Shown here: piece after piece, positions 8,764 to 18,489 of the stretch | Numbering within the stretch: the first letter of the stretch is position 1 | Layout of the letters: each line of letters begins with the position of its first letter | Assembly: GCF_039969895.1 (NCBI RefSeq) | Contig: NZ_JBDVMZ010000008.1 | Location: 66,262-130,261, forward strand | Source: Algoriphagus sp. | GTDB taxonomy: Bacteria > Bacteroidota > Bacteroidia > Cytophagales > Cyclobacteriaceae | Direction: 5' to 3' | Length of the DNA stretch: 64,000 nucleotides | The notes under the pieces: generated by a model | What the model was told of the DNA's origin: nothing | Database searches by the model: none | What the model saw: the letters and a program-made list of their open reading frames with translations, nothing else | Program-made: the position numbers and the translations under genes

Positions 8764-10368
8764 GTGCTCACACTTTTTAGTTTTCTAGCCTTTACTGGCT
8801 TTGTAGCAGCCTACTCTACCTTGATGCTGCGCAAACAAAACCTTCAAACTCAAGACGGGTACTTCTTAGGAGGTCGAAGTCTCACTGGAGTAGTCATCGC
8901 TGGATCCATGCTCCTCACCAATATCTCTACCGAGCATCTGGTAGGAATGAATGGCTCAGCCTATAAAAACGGGGCTATCATCATCGCTTGGGAAGTCACT
9001 TCGGCTATTGCGCTCGTGATCGGCGCATTATATTTTATCCCAAAATACCTGAGAATGGGGCTGACCACCATCCCTGAATTCTTGGAAAAGCGCTTTGATA
9101 AAATGACGCAAGCGCTCATTTCCCTGCTATTGATCATCTCTTTTGTCGTGACGCTTTTGCCTATCGTACTCTATACTGGGGCAATCAACATTGAATCTAT
9201 CTTTGGGATATCGGAAACGCTGGGAATTACTCAGGCAGAAGGAATCTGGCTTACGGTAGTTGTGGTGGGTGTAATCGGATCAGTTTATGCAATTTTCGGA
9301 GGACTCAAAATGGTGGCCTATACGGATACCATCAACGGTTTTGGCTTGCTCATCGCAGGCTTACTTGTACCGATTTTTGCACTCTGGGATATTGGGGATG
9401 GAAATATTATTACCGGTCTGACTAAAGTTTTCAATAATGCTCCTGAGAAGTTCAATGTAATTAGTAAAGAACCTTCGATTGGGCCAGGCTCTAGAGATTC
9501 CATTCTGCCTTTCGAAGTGCTATTTACAGGCCTGATCATCAATCAGCTCTACTTCTGGACTATGCATCAATCCATCGTGCAGCGAGCATTGGGCGCGGTG
9601 AGTTTGAAGGAAGCTCAAAAAGGGCTTTTGTTTACAGGAATTCTGAAAATCCTCATTCCGTTGGTGATTGTGCTTCCAGGGATTATTGGGTTCTACTATT
9701 TCGGAGATTCGTTTTTTGATTCTCAAGACAGCGTATATCCAGAATTGGTCAAGCGGGTACTTCCCACTTGGATGACGGGCTTCTTTGTAGCCGTGATCAT
9801 GGGAGCAATTTTGAGTACGTTCAACAGTGCGCTGAATAGTGCTGCGACGATTTTCAGTCTGGATATTTTCAAGGTTTATATCAACAAAGCCGCTAAGGAA
9901 ACGCAGCTCGTTCGGATAGGAAAGTGGACTTCGGCGATTTTAGCTTTAGCAGCGATTCTTGTTGCGCCTTTTGTAGCCAATGCTCCTGCAGGACTTTACC
10001 AACTTTTGCAACAGCTGAACGGCATCTTTTTTATCCCCATGGCCACTGTGATTATTGCCGGATTCTTTTTCCCCAAAGTATCTGCTGCAGGAGCCAAAGC
10101 AGGACTACTCTTTGGGCTTGCCTTCTATATTTTGATGGATTTGGTATTCAAGGTAGATATTCACTTTGTCCACATCTGGGGAATTGAGTTTGTGCTTAAC
10201 CTTATCGTTATGCATTTGGTATCTGCTAAGTATCCGGTCACCGGGCCGTTTGTGATGGCGGACTCTGGCAAACTGAGCATCGCCCCTTGGAAACATGCCA
10301 AAACTCTAGGCTGGATCTTGATTGCGATCACGGTAATTATTTATGTAATTTTAGGTACAATCGCTTAA
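8764..10368 (+). CDS. Sodium:solute symporter (SSS family), probable myo-inositol/sugar uptake
   Basis: DGYFLGGRSL, SMLLTNISTEHLVG, TTIPEFLEKRF and QSIVQRALG motifs; about 14 TM; GTG start; directly upstream of MIOX. Confidence 0.92.
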   Translation: MLTLFSFLAFTGFVAAYSTLMLRKQNLQTQDGYFLGGRSLTGVVIAGSMLLTNISTEHLVGMNGSAYKNGAIIIAWEVTSAIALVIGALYFIPKYLRMGLTTIPEFLEKRFDKMTQALISLLLIISFVVTLLPIVLYTGAINIESIFGISETLGITQAEGIWLTVVVVGVIGSVYAIFGGLKMVAYTDTINGFGLLIAGLLVPIFALWDIGDGNIITGLTKVFNNAPEKFNVISKEPSIGPGSRDSILPFEVLFTGLIINQLYFWTMHQSIVQRALGAVSLKEAQKGLLFTGILKILIPLVIVLPGIIGFYYFGDSFFDSQDSVYPELVKRVLPTWMTGFFVAVIMGAILSTFNSALNSAATIFSLDIFKVYINKAAKETQLVRIGKWTSAILALAAILVAPFVANAPAGLYQLLQQLNGIFFIPMATVIIAGFFFPKVSAAGAKAGLLFGLAFYILMDLVFKVDIHFVHIWGIEFVLNLIVMHLVSAKYPVTGPFVMADSGKLSIAPWKHAKTLGWILIAITVIIYVILGTIA

Positions 10369-10372
10369 TACT

Positions 10373-11191
10373 ATGGAGACTACGGAAAAAGAATTCAGAA
10401 ACTATGACCATGTAGATGTCAAAGCTGCTGTGAAGGAACACTACCGCAAAATGCGCATGTATCAGACGTATGACTACGTGCAAAAAATGAAGGAAAAATA
10501 TCTCACGTTTGACAAACCCATGAATCTCTGGGATGCAATGGAAAAGCTCAATTCACTAATCGATGTAAGTGATCCTGACTTGGACTTGCCCAATGTGCAG
10601 CATCTAATCCAGTCAGCAGAAGCGCTACGTGCTGATAATCGTGCAGACTGGATGCAGCTGGTAGGTTTGATTCATGACCTGGGAAAAGTGATGTATTTAT
10701 TCGGAAGCGATGAAGATGGCACCAGCCAAGCAGAGCAGTGGGGCTTGGTCGGCGATGTGTTCGTAGTCGGGGCCAAATTGCCTGACACCTGCGTATATCC
10801 TGAGTTCAACGAATTGAATCCTGACATGAAAGATCCGCGCTACAATACAGAGCTGGGGATTTACGAAAAAGGCTGCGGCCTAGACAACTTGCAGTTAGCC
10901 TGGGGACACGACGAGTATTTTTACCAAGTTTTAAAAAACCATCCTACCAACACAATCCCTGAAGCAGGTATGGTGATGGTTCGCTATCATTCGTTTTATC
11001 CTTGGCACAATGGCGGAAGTTACGCGCAGTTTGAAGCTCCTCAAGATGCGCAATACAAGGAGTGGATTTTGGATTTCAATCAATATGACCTTTATACCAA
11101 GTCTCCAAAAATGTATGATCTGGAAGACATGAAGGATTACTACCTACCGATTGCTGAGAAATACCTGGGTAAGGGGCCGCTCTTCTGGTAA
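10373..11191 (+). CDS. miox: myo-inositol oxygenase (MIOX, HD-domain di-iron)
   Basis: IDVSDPD, QHLIQSAE, IHDLGK, WGHDEY, RYHSFYPWH and FNQYDLYTK motifs of the MIOX family. Confidence 0.9.
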   Translation: METTEKEFRNYDHVDVKAAVKEHYRKMRMYQTYDYVQKMKEKYLTFDKPMNLWDAMEKLNSLIDVSDPDLDLPNVQHLIQSAEALRADNRADWMQLVGLIHDLGKVMYLFGSDEDGTSQAEQWGLVGDVFVVGAKLPDTCVYPEFNELNPDMKDPRYNTELGIYEKGCGLDNLQLAWGHDEYFYQVLKNHPTNTIPEAGMVMVRYHSFYPWHNGGSYAQFEAPQDAQYKEWILDFNQYDLYTKSPKMYDLEDMKDYYLPIAEKYLGKGPLFW

Positions 11192-11203
11192 AAAAATTAG
11201 TAT

Positions 11204-11242
11204 AAAAAAAGGCAGACACTTAGAATTGATCTGCCTTTTTTT
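11204..11242. terminator. Bidirectional intrinsic terminator
   Basis: A7-GGCAGA-loop-TCTGCC-T7 between convergent genes. Confidence 0.8.
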
Positions 11243-11268
11243 GGTTGGATAGTTTCTATTTGGCTTTA

Positions 11269-11712
11269 CTAATCGTGGAATTGTCCTAGAAACATTGTGC
11301 CTTTGCCTATATTTATTTCGTTCAGTCCTCCACCATTTTTCTCTGACACCCCGAAAAAGAGATTGTAAACGCAGTTATCCTTGAAAGTAACCTCAGATGT
11401 GCCACTTTGGATAGGATTACCGAGTGTCACACACTTGCCTTCAATCTTCACGCTGAGGGTATTATTGGCAAATACTTCAAATTCCCCAACTGTCCCATCA
11501 GGATACGGACTTTCTGCAGTCGCATACTGCATGGTTAATGTGTATTTCCCTACTACTGACGGCGCTACTGTGCCGGCTGATTCACCGCTGGCGATAGTAC
11601 TTTGACATACCGTGTTGCAGTCTCCCAGTTCGGGTTCGTCATCGTCGGAGCAAGAAAAGCTAAGCCCTGCGAATAGCAAGCATGCAACTAAAAATAGTTT
11701 TGAGTTTTTCAT
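11269..11712 (-). CDS. Hypothetical lipoprotein
   Basis: Lipobox LSFS-C followed by acidic SDDDE (Bacteroidota surface-export-like signal). Confidence 0.85.
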   Translation of the reverse strand: MKNSKLFLVACLLFAGLSFSCSDDDEPELGDCNTVCQSTIASGESAGTVAPSVVGKYTLTMQYATAESPYPDGTVGEFEVFANNTLSVKIEGKCVTLGNPIQSGTSEVTFKDNCVYNLFFGVSEKNGGGLNEINIGKGTMFLGQFHD

Positions 11713-11810
11713 AATGATAAGTGATTTTGATTACTCAAAAATCCACCTATCTCAGCTCCTGGTAAATACGACAAATGCACTAGATGAAAGCCACATCCTA
11801 AAAAATCAAA

Positions 11811-12098
11811 TTACTTCTTTGATCCTTTCTTGATAGCCTCTACTTGAAGCTTTATAAGATTAAGCTGGTCTTGGGTTTTTTCTTTGATTTGAGAGAGGTT
11901 TCCTACTTGAGTGCTTAGTCCTTGCGAGCGTTTGATCTCAGTTTGGACCAAGCCCTCCATATCTTTTAAACGCTTTTTTTGGATCCTATCTTGACGGACA
12001 TACTCACGAAACAACAGGATATGCAACAAGGCAATACTGCCAAGCACGAGCAGAATTAAAATCCCAAGTAGGTGAGTTTCAAAAATGGAGGAGACCAT
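11811..12098 (-). CDS. Small single-TM coiled-coil protein
   Basis: One hydrophobic segment followed by a charged heptad-like tail; co-oriented downstream of the kinase. Confidence 0.7.
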   Translation of the reverse strand: MVSSIFETHLLGILILLVLGSIALLHILLFREYVRQDRIQKKRLKDMEGLVQTEIKRSQGLSTQVGNLSQIKEKTQDQLNLIKLQVEAIKKGSKK

Positions 12099-12191
12099 TG
12101 AGCATAAGGAAAAAAGATCTTTCCAAAACTACTCATTAGGTATTCAGGAGGTAATACGGCAAATGGACTATATCCAAACCCAGTTCACTCC

Positions 12192-14150
12192 TTACACATC
12201 TGTTTGGTTAGAATTATTCGGCAATCTGAGCGTGACTGCTGTTCCTTTTCCAGACTGTGACTGAATCTCCAACTTTCCACCAAGTTCCTCAGCCCGCTTC
12301 CGCATGTTGTAAAGGCCATTTCCTGCCTTGACCTGTGCCTCATCGAATCCCGTCCCATTATCTTTAATTGTGAATTCCAATCCATCTGGCTGTTGAAAAA
12401 CACCCACATATAGCTGGCTGGGATAGGCATATTTGAGAGAATTCTGAATGGCTTCCTGCACGATTCTATAAATCTGAATTCCTTCAGATGAAACCATGCT
12501 AAAGTCTAAATCCAAACCTTTTTCCACCTCAAAATCAAAGGTAATTCCGCGTGTGGAAATGTCAGCTCGCTCCAGGTAATCTGAAATCCTGACGGAAAGC
12601 TGACCCAAGGTGATATGCCCAGAGTTCATCGCCCATATCGTATCTCTGAGCTCCGTGATGGTCTGTTTGGTGAAGTTCGCGATGGAGTCATATCGATGTG
12701 TAAGCGTCTCTTTGATCGGGTCAAAGTACTTAAGGTTTTCGATCGCAGAGATGATAAAAGTGAGTTGCGCACCAATGTTATCATGAAGATCCCGAGAAAT
12801 GAGCATTCGTTGCTCTTGCAGTTTATTCTGAGTTTCTATTTGTCCTAAAGCTGATCTGAGTTTAGCTTCCTGTCTGAGTTGCTGATTTTTTAGTTTTTGC
12901 TGGGAATAAAGCAAATACCCTACGATCGCCAGAATCAAAGCAAGCGCTAAGGATCCAAATAGTTGTAGATTTTTGGTACGAATGGCTAATTCTTTTTCCG
13001 CCAGCTCCCTGTCTTTTTTCTCTGTCTGATAGCGTGCTTCCAAATCAGATGTCAGCTGTAGGATTTCTTGTTCACTTAGCTTTCGTAGCAAAGAAATGTA
13101 TGCATCGGTGTAGTAAGCAGAGCTATCAGGCATATCAAGAGCTGCATATACTGGCGACATCAGCAAATACATAGTCATGATGTCTTCCTCTGCATTTTGA
13201 GATTTGAAGCCAGAGACTGCTTGAAGATAATACTGTCTAGCTGTTTCAAATTCTTTAAGATCGGAATAGGACTGGGCGAGGTTGGATTCCAGCAAAGCAT
13301 AATCATATGCGGCTCCAGCCTGCTCTGCCAATTCCAGGCCTTTCATCGCATATTCTACAGCTGCCTGACTTCTTTTCTGACTATTATAAAGTGTAGCCAA
13401 GTTATTGTAAGTCGTCGCTAAATAATATACGTCTTCGTATTCAGTAAGAATATCAAGGGCTTTGAGATACACTTCTTCGGACTTTTCCTCTTGCTCTAGG
13501 TGGCGATAGATCGCTCCGAGGTTATTGTAAGTCATCGCAAGACTATAGTAGTCCTCATTTTCCTCCCGATATGCCGCTACTTTTTCTAAAATATCGCGGG
13601 CTTTAGTATAGTTTTTTAACTCCGAATAAATCACCCCGATGTTATTTCGAATGAAGTCCACGTTTTGCTCATTGCCAGTTCGCTCAAAAAAACTAAGTGC
13701 TTTGAGATAGTTTACCATTGCGGAATCGGACTGAAAATCACGCTGATAGACAGAACCTAGGTTTGTGATAGTCCCGTAGATTTTGACAGAATCCCCAGTC
13801 TCATATCGCAAGTTCAGCGCATGTTGATAATTATTCCTCGCGTCTATCAGCTCTCCTTTTTCCATATACGCATAGCCCAGGTCGCTGTAAGCTTGACTGA
13901 GCAGAATAGGGTCATCAAGTGAGGATGCTAAGGCCACATTTTCTTTGCCATAAGCGATCGCTGTATCATGAGAAACTGGCACATAATACCAAGTCAGCTC
14001 GGAGAGGATGAGCGATCTATCCGTCGGTTCTTTAGTGCTAGAAAGTTCAGATTTTAGACTGTCTAAAAGTTCGTATGTAGTCTGGGCAGAAAGTAGCTGA
14101 CTTGTCAAAAGAAAGACAGTTATACCCACGAATCTGTAGAATTTACTCAT
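12192..14150 (-). CDS. TPR-containing sensor histidine kinase (HisKA_3 + HATPase)
   Basis: Signal-like N-terminus, repeated TPR helices (YNNLGAIY, YNNLATLY), TM, ISRDLHDNIGAQL, EAIQNSLKYA, DNGTGFD, GNGLYNM. Start moved to ATG 14150. Confidence 0.92.
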   Translation of the reverse strand: MSKFYRFVGITVFLLTSQLLSAQTTYELLDSLKSELSSTKEPTDRSLILSELTWYYVPVSHDTAIAYGKENVALASSLDDPILLSQAYSDLGYAYMEKGELIDARNNYQHALNLRYETGDSVKIYGTITNLGSVYQRDFQSDSAMVNYLKALSFFERTGNEQNVDFIRNNIGVIYSELKNYTKARDILEKVAAYREENEDYYSLAMTYNNLGAIYRHLEQEEKSEEVYLKALDILTEYEDVYYLATTYNNLATLYNSQKRSQAAVEYAMKGLELAEQAGAAYDYALLESNLAQSYSDLKEFETARQYYLQAVSGFKSQNAEEDIMTMYLLMSPVYAALDMPDSSAYYTDAYISLLRKLSEQEILQLTSDLEARYQTEKKDRELAEKELAIRTKNLQLFGSLALALILAIVGYLLYSQQKLKNQQLRQEAKLRSALGQIETQNKLQEQRMLISRDLHDNIGAQLTFIISAIENLKYFDPIKETLTHRYDSIANFTKQTITELRDTIWAMNSGHITLGQLSVRISDYLERADISTRGITFDFEVEKGLDLDFSMVSSEGIQIYRIVQEAIQNSLKYAYPSQLYVGVFQQPDGLEFTIKDNGTGFDEAQVKAGNGLYNMRKRAEELGGKLEIQSQSGKGTAVTLRLPNNSNQTDV

Positions 14151-14384
14151 AAAGCAGTGATTTGAGGGGAAATAAAACAAAAAACTCTTCAAGCGCAAGA
14201 TGCAATTTAAAGCTGCTAATAGCACGATGGAGATCAGAATACCATGACCAATCCTGAAAACACTTATTTATTTGATCGATAAAGGATTAAAATAAAAATA
14301 TACTACGGAATCACGCGATTTGTTGAATCCGAACTATTTCCGAATCTTAGGGTTTGAATAACGATAGTAAACCCAAATATCCCT

Positions 14385-15527
14385 ATGCTAAATTTCACTC
14401 AAAACGAAAATCAACGAATGATCGCCCAGATGATTCGTGATTTCGGAGCCAAAGAGATCACCCCATTTCGTAAAGACTGGGACGACAGATCTCATTTTCC
14501 TTTGGAACTTTTCAAAAAACTAGGCGAACTCGGCCTAATGGGCGTATTGATCCCTACCGAATACGGAGGCTCTGGATTTGGATACATGGAATATGTAACG
14601 GCCATCGTGGAGCTCTCCAAACTTGACCCATCCGTAGGCCTTTCCATGGCAGCACATAATTCTCTTTGCTCTGGACATATTATGATGTTTGGAAATGAGG
14701 AGCAAAAAAAGAAATATCTACCTAAACTAGCTACCTGCGAATGGCTAGGTGCGTGGGGATTGACTGAACCAAATACTGGCTCTGATGCCGGAAATATGCG
14801 GACTGTTGCTAAAAAAGAAGGCGATAATTGGATTATCAACGGAGCCAAAAACTTTATTACCCATGGCGCCTCTGGTGACGTAGCGGTAGTGATTGCCAGA
14901 ACTGGCGAGATTGGAGATTCGCACGGAATGACAGCATTCATTGTGGAAAGAGGAACTCCTGGTTTCAAAGGAGGGAGAAAAGAAGACAAATTGGGAATGC
15001 GTGCTTCGGAGACGGCCGAGATGCTTTTCGATGACTGTATCGTTCATGAGAGTCAAGTGCTGGGCGAAGTCGGTGATGGTTTTATTCAATCTATGAAGAT
15101 CTTGGACGGTGGAAGAATTTCAATAGCGGCATTGGGTCAAGGAATAGCCGAAGGAGCTTTGGAAGCTGCCATACAATACTCCAAAGAACGTCATCAGTTC
15201 AACAAACCGATCAGTTCTTTCCAAGGTATTTCCTTCAAGTTGGCAGATATGGCTACCCAAGTCGAGGCTTCTAGCCTACTTATTTTAAAAGCAGCTGATC
15301 TGAAAAACCGAGGTGAAAAAGTGACTTTGGCAGGAGCACAAGCCAAGTATTACTCTTCAGAAGTAGCCGTTTCAGTTTCGAATGAAGCCGTTCAGATTTT
15401 TGGCGGATATGGTTTCACCAAAGATTATCCAGTAGAAAAATTCTATCGTGATTCTAAGCTTTGCACTATTGGCGAAGGAACTTCAGAGATCCAGAAATTA
15501 GTGATCGCACGAGAGATTTTAAAATAA
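14385..15527 (+). CDS. Acyl-CoA dehydrogenase
   Basis: WGLTEPNTGSDAG, INGAKNFIT, QIFGGYG and TIGEGTSEIQ motifs. Confidence 0.95.
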   Translation: MLNFTQNENQRMIAQMIRDFGAKEITPFRKDWDDRSHFPLELFKKLGELGLMGVLIPTEYGGSGFGYMEYVTAIVELSKLDPSVGLSMAAHNSLCSGHIMMFGNEEQKKKYLPKLATCEWLGAWGLTEPNTGSDAGNMRTVAKKEGDNWIINGAKNFITHGASGDVAVVIARTGEIGDSHGMTAFIVERGTPGFKGGRKEDKLGMRASETAEMLFDDCIVHESQVLGEVGDGFIQSMKILDGGRISIAALGQGIAEGALEAAIQYSKERHQFNKPISSFQGISFKLADMATQVEASSLLILKAADLKNRGEKVTLAGAQAKYYSSEVAVSVSNEAVQIFGGYGFTKDYPVEKFYRDSKLCTIGEGTSEIQKLVIAREILK

Positions 15528-15552
15528 TAAGTGTAGTAGTTAGCTTAAAATT

Positions 15553-15586
15553 AAAGCCTGAGATCTGTAAAGATTTCAGGCTTTTT
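15553..15586 (+). terminator. Intrinsic terminator
   Basis: AAAGCCTGAGATCT-GTAA-AGATTTCAGGCTTTTT. Confidence 0.8.
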
Positions 15587-15659
15587 CGATGTAGGTGACT
15601 ATTTAGTGATCGTAATCACCAAAAATACCAAAACCGGAATTTACTTAGACTTCACTTTT

Positions 15660-15968
15660 TCAGCTAGAGGCTAGTTTTTGGTAGAGGGAATTTGGGTTTT
15701 GTCGTGTGTCCCAAAAGATTAATAATTTGATACTATTTTTCTCTGGCATGTAAAACAATACTACGTTCTGGTGAATCAATACTCTCCTTATATCAGGGTA
15801 TTCAGTCTTTTCACCCAAATAAGGATAAGTTAAAAGGGATTCTAACTTTTGATCAGTAAGGCTAATAAACTTATCTACAATTATATGCCACCATTTATGA
15901 TCCAGAAAATAAACACACTCATAAAAGGACTCTAATGCAAGAGGAGTCCAAAAAATTTTGAGCTTCAT
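15660..15968 (-). CDS. RelE/ParE-family toxin
   Basis: KIFWTPLA...YPYLGE...IRRVLI...VLFY...KLLIFWDTRQNP pattern; about 100 aa; overlaps upstream small ORF (ATGA). Confidence 0.8.
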   Translation of the reverse strand: MKLKIFWTPLALESFYECVYFLDHKWWHIIVDKFISLTDQKLESLLTYPYLGEKTEYPDIRRVLIHQNVVLFYMPEKNSIKLLIFWDTRQNPNSLYQKLASS

Positions 15969-16177
15969 TTCCTGTTCAACAATTCTCTTACCGAGGTATG
16001 AGGGATCAACTTCTCGTCAGGAGTAGATTTTGCAAGTTCCAATAGCTTCTTGATAGGGTCAGGTAAAGATTGCTCTCGTTTATTCTTTCGAAAATCTGCA
16101 AGAGAATCCACAAGATTTTCATCCTCTAACTCTGTGATCCATTGAATCAATTCAATTTTCTTCTGCGCGATAGTCAT
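15965..16177 (-). CDS. Putative cognate antitoxin
   Basis: 70 aa, KIELIQWITELEDENLV N-terminal helix; stop overlaps the toxin start. Confidence 0.65.
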   Translation of the reverse strand: MTIAQKKIELIQWITELEDENLVDSLADFRKNKREQSLPDPIKKLLELAKSTPDEKLIPHTSVRELLNRK

Positions 16178-16246
16178 ATTGGTACGTTATGTAGTGAAAT
16201 GCTCAATTTACAAACTTAAAACTCCTAGTCCCCTAGCGAAAGTTCC

Positions 16247-16981
16247 TCAAGATCCAGCCACCAAATACAATCCTGCCGCCAAGGCTGCTCCTACACAAGG
16301 CCCCAAAATAGGTACCCAAGCATAGCCCCAATCCGAACTTCCTTTGTCCTTTATAGGTAGTATCGCATGCATAAGTCTTGGCCCAAAGTCTCGCGCTGGA
16401 TTGATCGCATAGCCGGTAGTCCCTCCCAATGACAACCCGATCACCCACACCAGAAATGCTACTGGAATAGCACCAAGTGAACCCATGCCTATTGGGGTGC
16501 TTTCTGTATCGCCTATCTTAACTCCATCATTGTACAAAATCACTATAATTAAAACAAAGGTACCAACTACCTCCGAGAAGAAGTTTAAAGGCAAATTCCT
16601 AATCGCTGGGGAAGTTGCAAAAGGTGCTGCTTTCAGACCCGCATCGTCGGAAGTATCGTAGTGATCCTTGTAAAAAAGCCAAGCAATCCCAACCCCAATC
16701 ATGGCCCCAATAACCTGAGCAAGGATATATCCAGGGGCTAAAGCCCACTCGAACTGCCCCGTCAAGGCTAGTCCAACAGTTACTGCTGGATTCAAATGAG
16801 CCCCGCTATACGGTCCTGCCACAACAACTCCAATAAAAACCGCCAATGCCCATCCTGTACTTATAGCCATAATTCCTCCCCCATTGCCTTTGGTCTTAGG
16901 CAGAAGCATATTGGCAACAACGCCCGATCCCATCAATAACAAAAGTCCAGTCCCAAGTAATTCTGCAAGATATACGTTCAT
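16247..16981 (-). CDS. glpF: Glycerol uptake facilitator (MIP family)
   Basis: [10 protein letters not shown] and [12 protein letters not shown] motifs; ATG 16981 overlaps the glpK stop. Confidence 0.95.
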   Translation of the reverse strand: MNVYLAELLGTGLLLLMGSGVVANMLLPKTKGNGGGIMAISTGWALAVFIGVVVAGPYSGAHLNPAVTVGLALTGQFEWALAPGYILAQVIGAMIGVGIAWLFYKDHYDTSDDAGLKAAPFATSPAIRNLPLNFFSEVVGTFVLIIVILYNDGVKIGDTESTPIGMGSLGAIPVAFLVWVIGLSLGGTTGYAINPARDFGPRLMHAILPIKDKGSSDWGYAWVPILGPCVGAALAAGLYLVAGS

Positions 16982-18480
16982 GATTCTACCCAGTTTTTTG
17001 AGCGCTTTACCGCTTTGTGCCAAAATTGTATCAACTTCTTTTGCTCTTTTTTATCCATGTTTGGAACAAAGCTTTTATCTGCATTCCAGAGCGCTGCTAT
17101 TTCTTTCTGATCTTTCCAGAAGCCAACTGCTAAGCCTGCTAGAAATGCAGCTCCTATGGCCGTGGTCTCGATGATCTTTGGACGTTTGATTTCACAGTCC
17201 AACAAATCCGCTTGAAATTGCATCAAGAAGTTGTTAGCCGTAGCTCCACCATCCACACGAAGCTGTTGAGTGGGTTTGCCACTGTCTTTTTCCATAGCTT
17301 TGAGGACATCAAAGACTTGATAAGCGATCGCTTCGAGTGCAGCTCTAGCCATGTGGGCTTTGGTGGTACCTCGGGTGATGCCAAAAAAAGCACCACGTGC
17401 GTCCTGATCCCAATGCGGAGCTCCCAACCCAGAAAGCGCCGGCACAAAGTAAACCCCATCATTTCCCTCTATGCTCTCTGCCATACGCTCACTTTCACGT
17501 GCATGCTTGAAGAGTTCCAAACCATCTCTCAGCCATTGAATAGCTGCTCCACCTATGAAAACAGATCCTTCCAAGGCATAATTAATCTCATCTCCGATTT
17601 TCCAGGCTATCGTAGTAAGCAACTGATTCTTTGAGCTTACTGCTACTTTGCCTGTATTCATCACCAGAAAGCAACCTGTTCCATAGGTAGTTTTGGCCAT
17701 TCCTGGCTCTGTGCAAAGTTGACCGAAAAGTGCTGCCTGCTGATCTCCGGCGATGCCAGCAATAGGTATCTTCACTCTAAGGACGTCTCCTGCGGTTTCA
17801 CAATAAACCTCAGAGCAGGATTTGACTTCAGGCAAAACTGAAGCTGGTATTTCAAACAAATCTAATAACTCCTGATCCCACTCTTGGGTGTGAATGTTGA
17901 AGAGCATGGTGCGACTGGCATTGGTAATATCAGTGATATGCGATTTGCCAGAGGTAAGATTCCAAATCAGCCAAGAATCCACGGTGCCGAAAGCAAGCTC
18001 TCCTGCCTCAGCTTTTTTACGCGCGGTATCCACATTGTCGAGAATCCATTTGATTTTAGTGGCAGAAAAATATGCGTCGATAATGAGTCCAGTCTTCGAA
18101 ACCACCAGCTCTGAATGCCCCTTTTCTTTAAGCTCATTACAGTAACTCGCAGTTCGCCTATCCTGCCAGACGATGGCGTTATGTATTGCTTTACCGGTTT
18201 TCCTATCCCAAACAATCGTCGTTTCGCGTTGATTGGTGATTCCTATTGCTGCCACCTCATCAGCTTTAATTTTCTTATTGACCAAGGCTTCTATCATCAC
18301 GGAAGACTGAGAAGTCCAGATTTCGTCGGGATCGTGCTCCACCCAGCCTGCTTTGGGAAAGTGTTGCTTGAAATCTTTTTGTGCCACCGAGACGATTTCT
18401 CCTTTTTTGTCAAAAAGTATGGCTCTAGAACTGGTAGTACCTTGATCCAGAGCCATGATGTATTGTTTATTTTGGCTCAT
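16978..18480 (-). CDS. glpK: Glycerol kinase
   Basis: [33 protein letters not shown] and KTTYGTG motifs. Confidence 0.97.
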   Translation of the reverse strand: MSQNKQYIMALDQGTTSSRAILFDKKGEIVSVAQKDFKQHFPKAGWVEHDPDEIWTSQSSVMIEALVNKKIKADEVAAIGITNQRETTIVWDRKTGKAIHNAIVWQDRRTASYCNELKEKGHSELVVSKTGLIIDAYFSATKIKWILDNVDTARKKAEAGELAFGTVDSWLIWNLTSGKSHITDITNASRTMLFNIHTQEWDQELLDLFEIPASVLPEVKSCSEVYCETAGDVLRVKIPIAGIAGDQQAALFGQLCTEPGMAKTTYGTGCFLVMNTGKVAVSSKNQLLTTIAWKIGDEINYALEGSVFIGGAAIQWLRDGLELFKHARESERMAESIEGNDGVYFVPALSGLGAPHWDQDARGAFFGITRGTTKAHMARAALEAIAYQVFDVLKAMEKDSGKPTQQLRVDGGATANNFLMQFQADLLDCEIKRPKIIETTAIGAAFLAGLAVGFWKDQKEIAALWNADKSFVPNMDKKEQKKLIQFWHKAVKRSKNWVES

Positions 18481-18489
18481 TTTGGGTTA

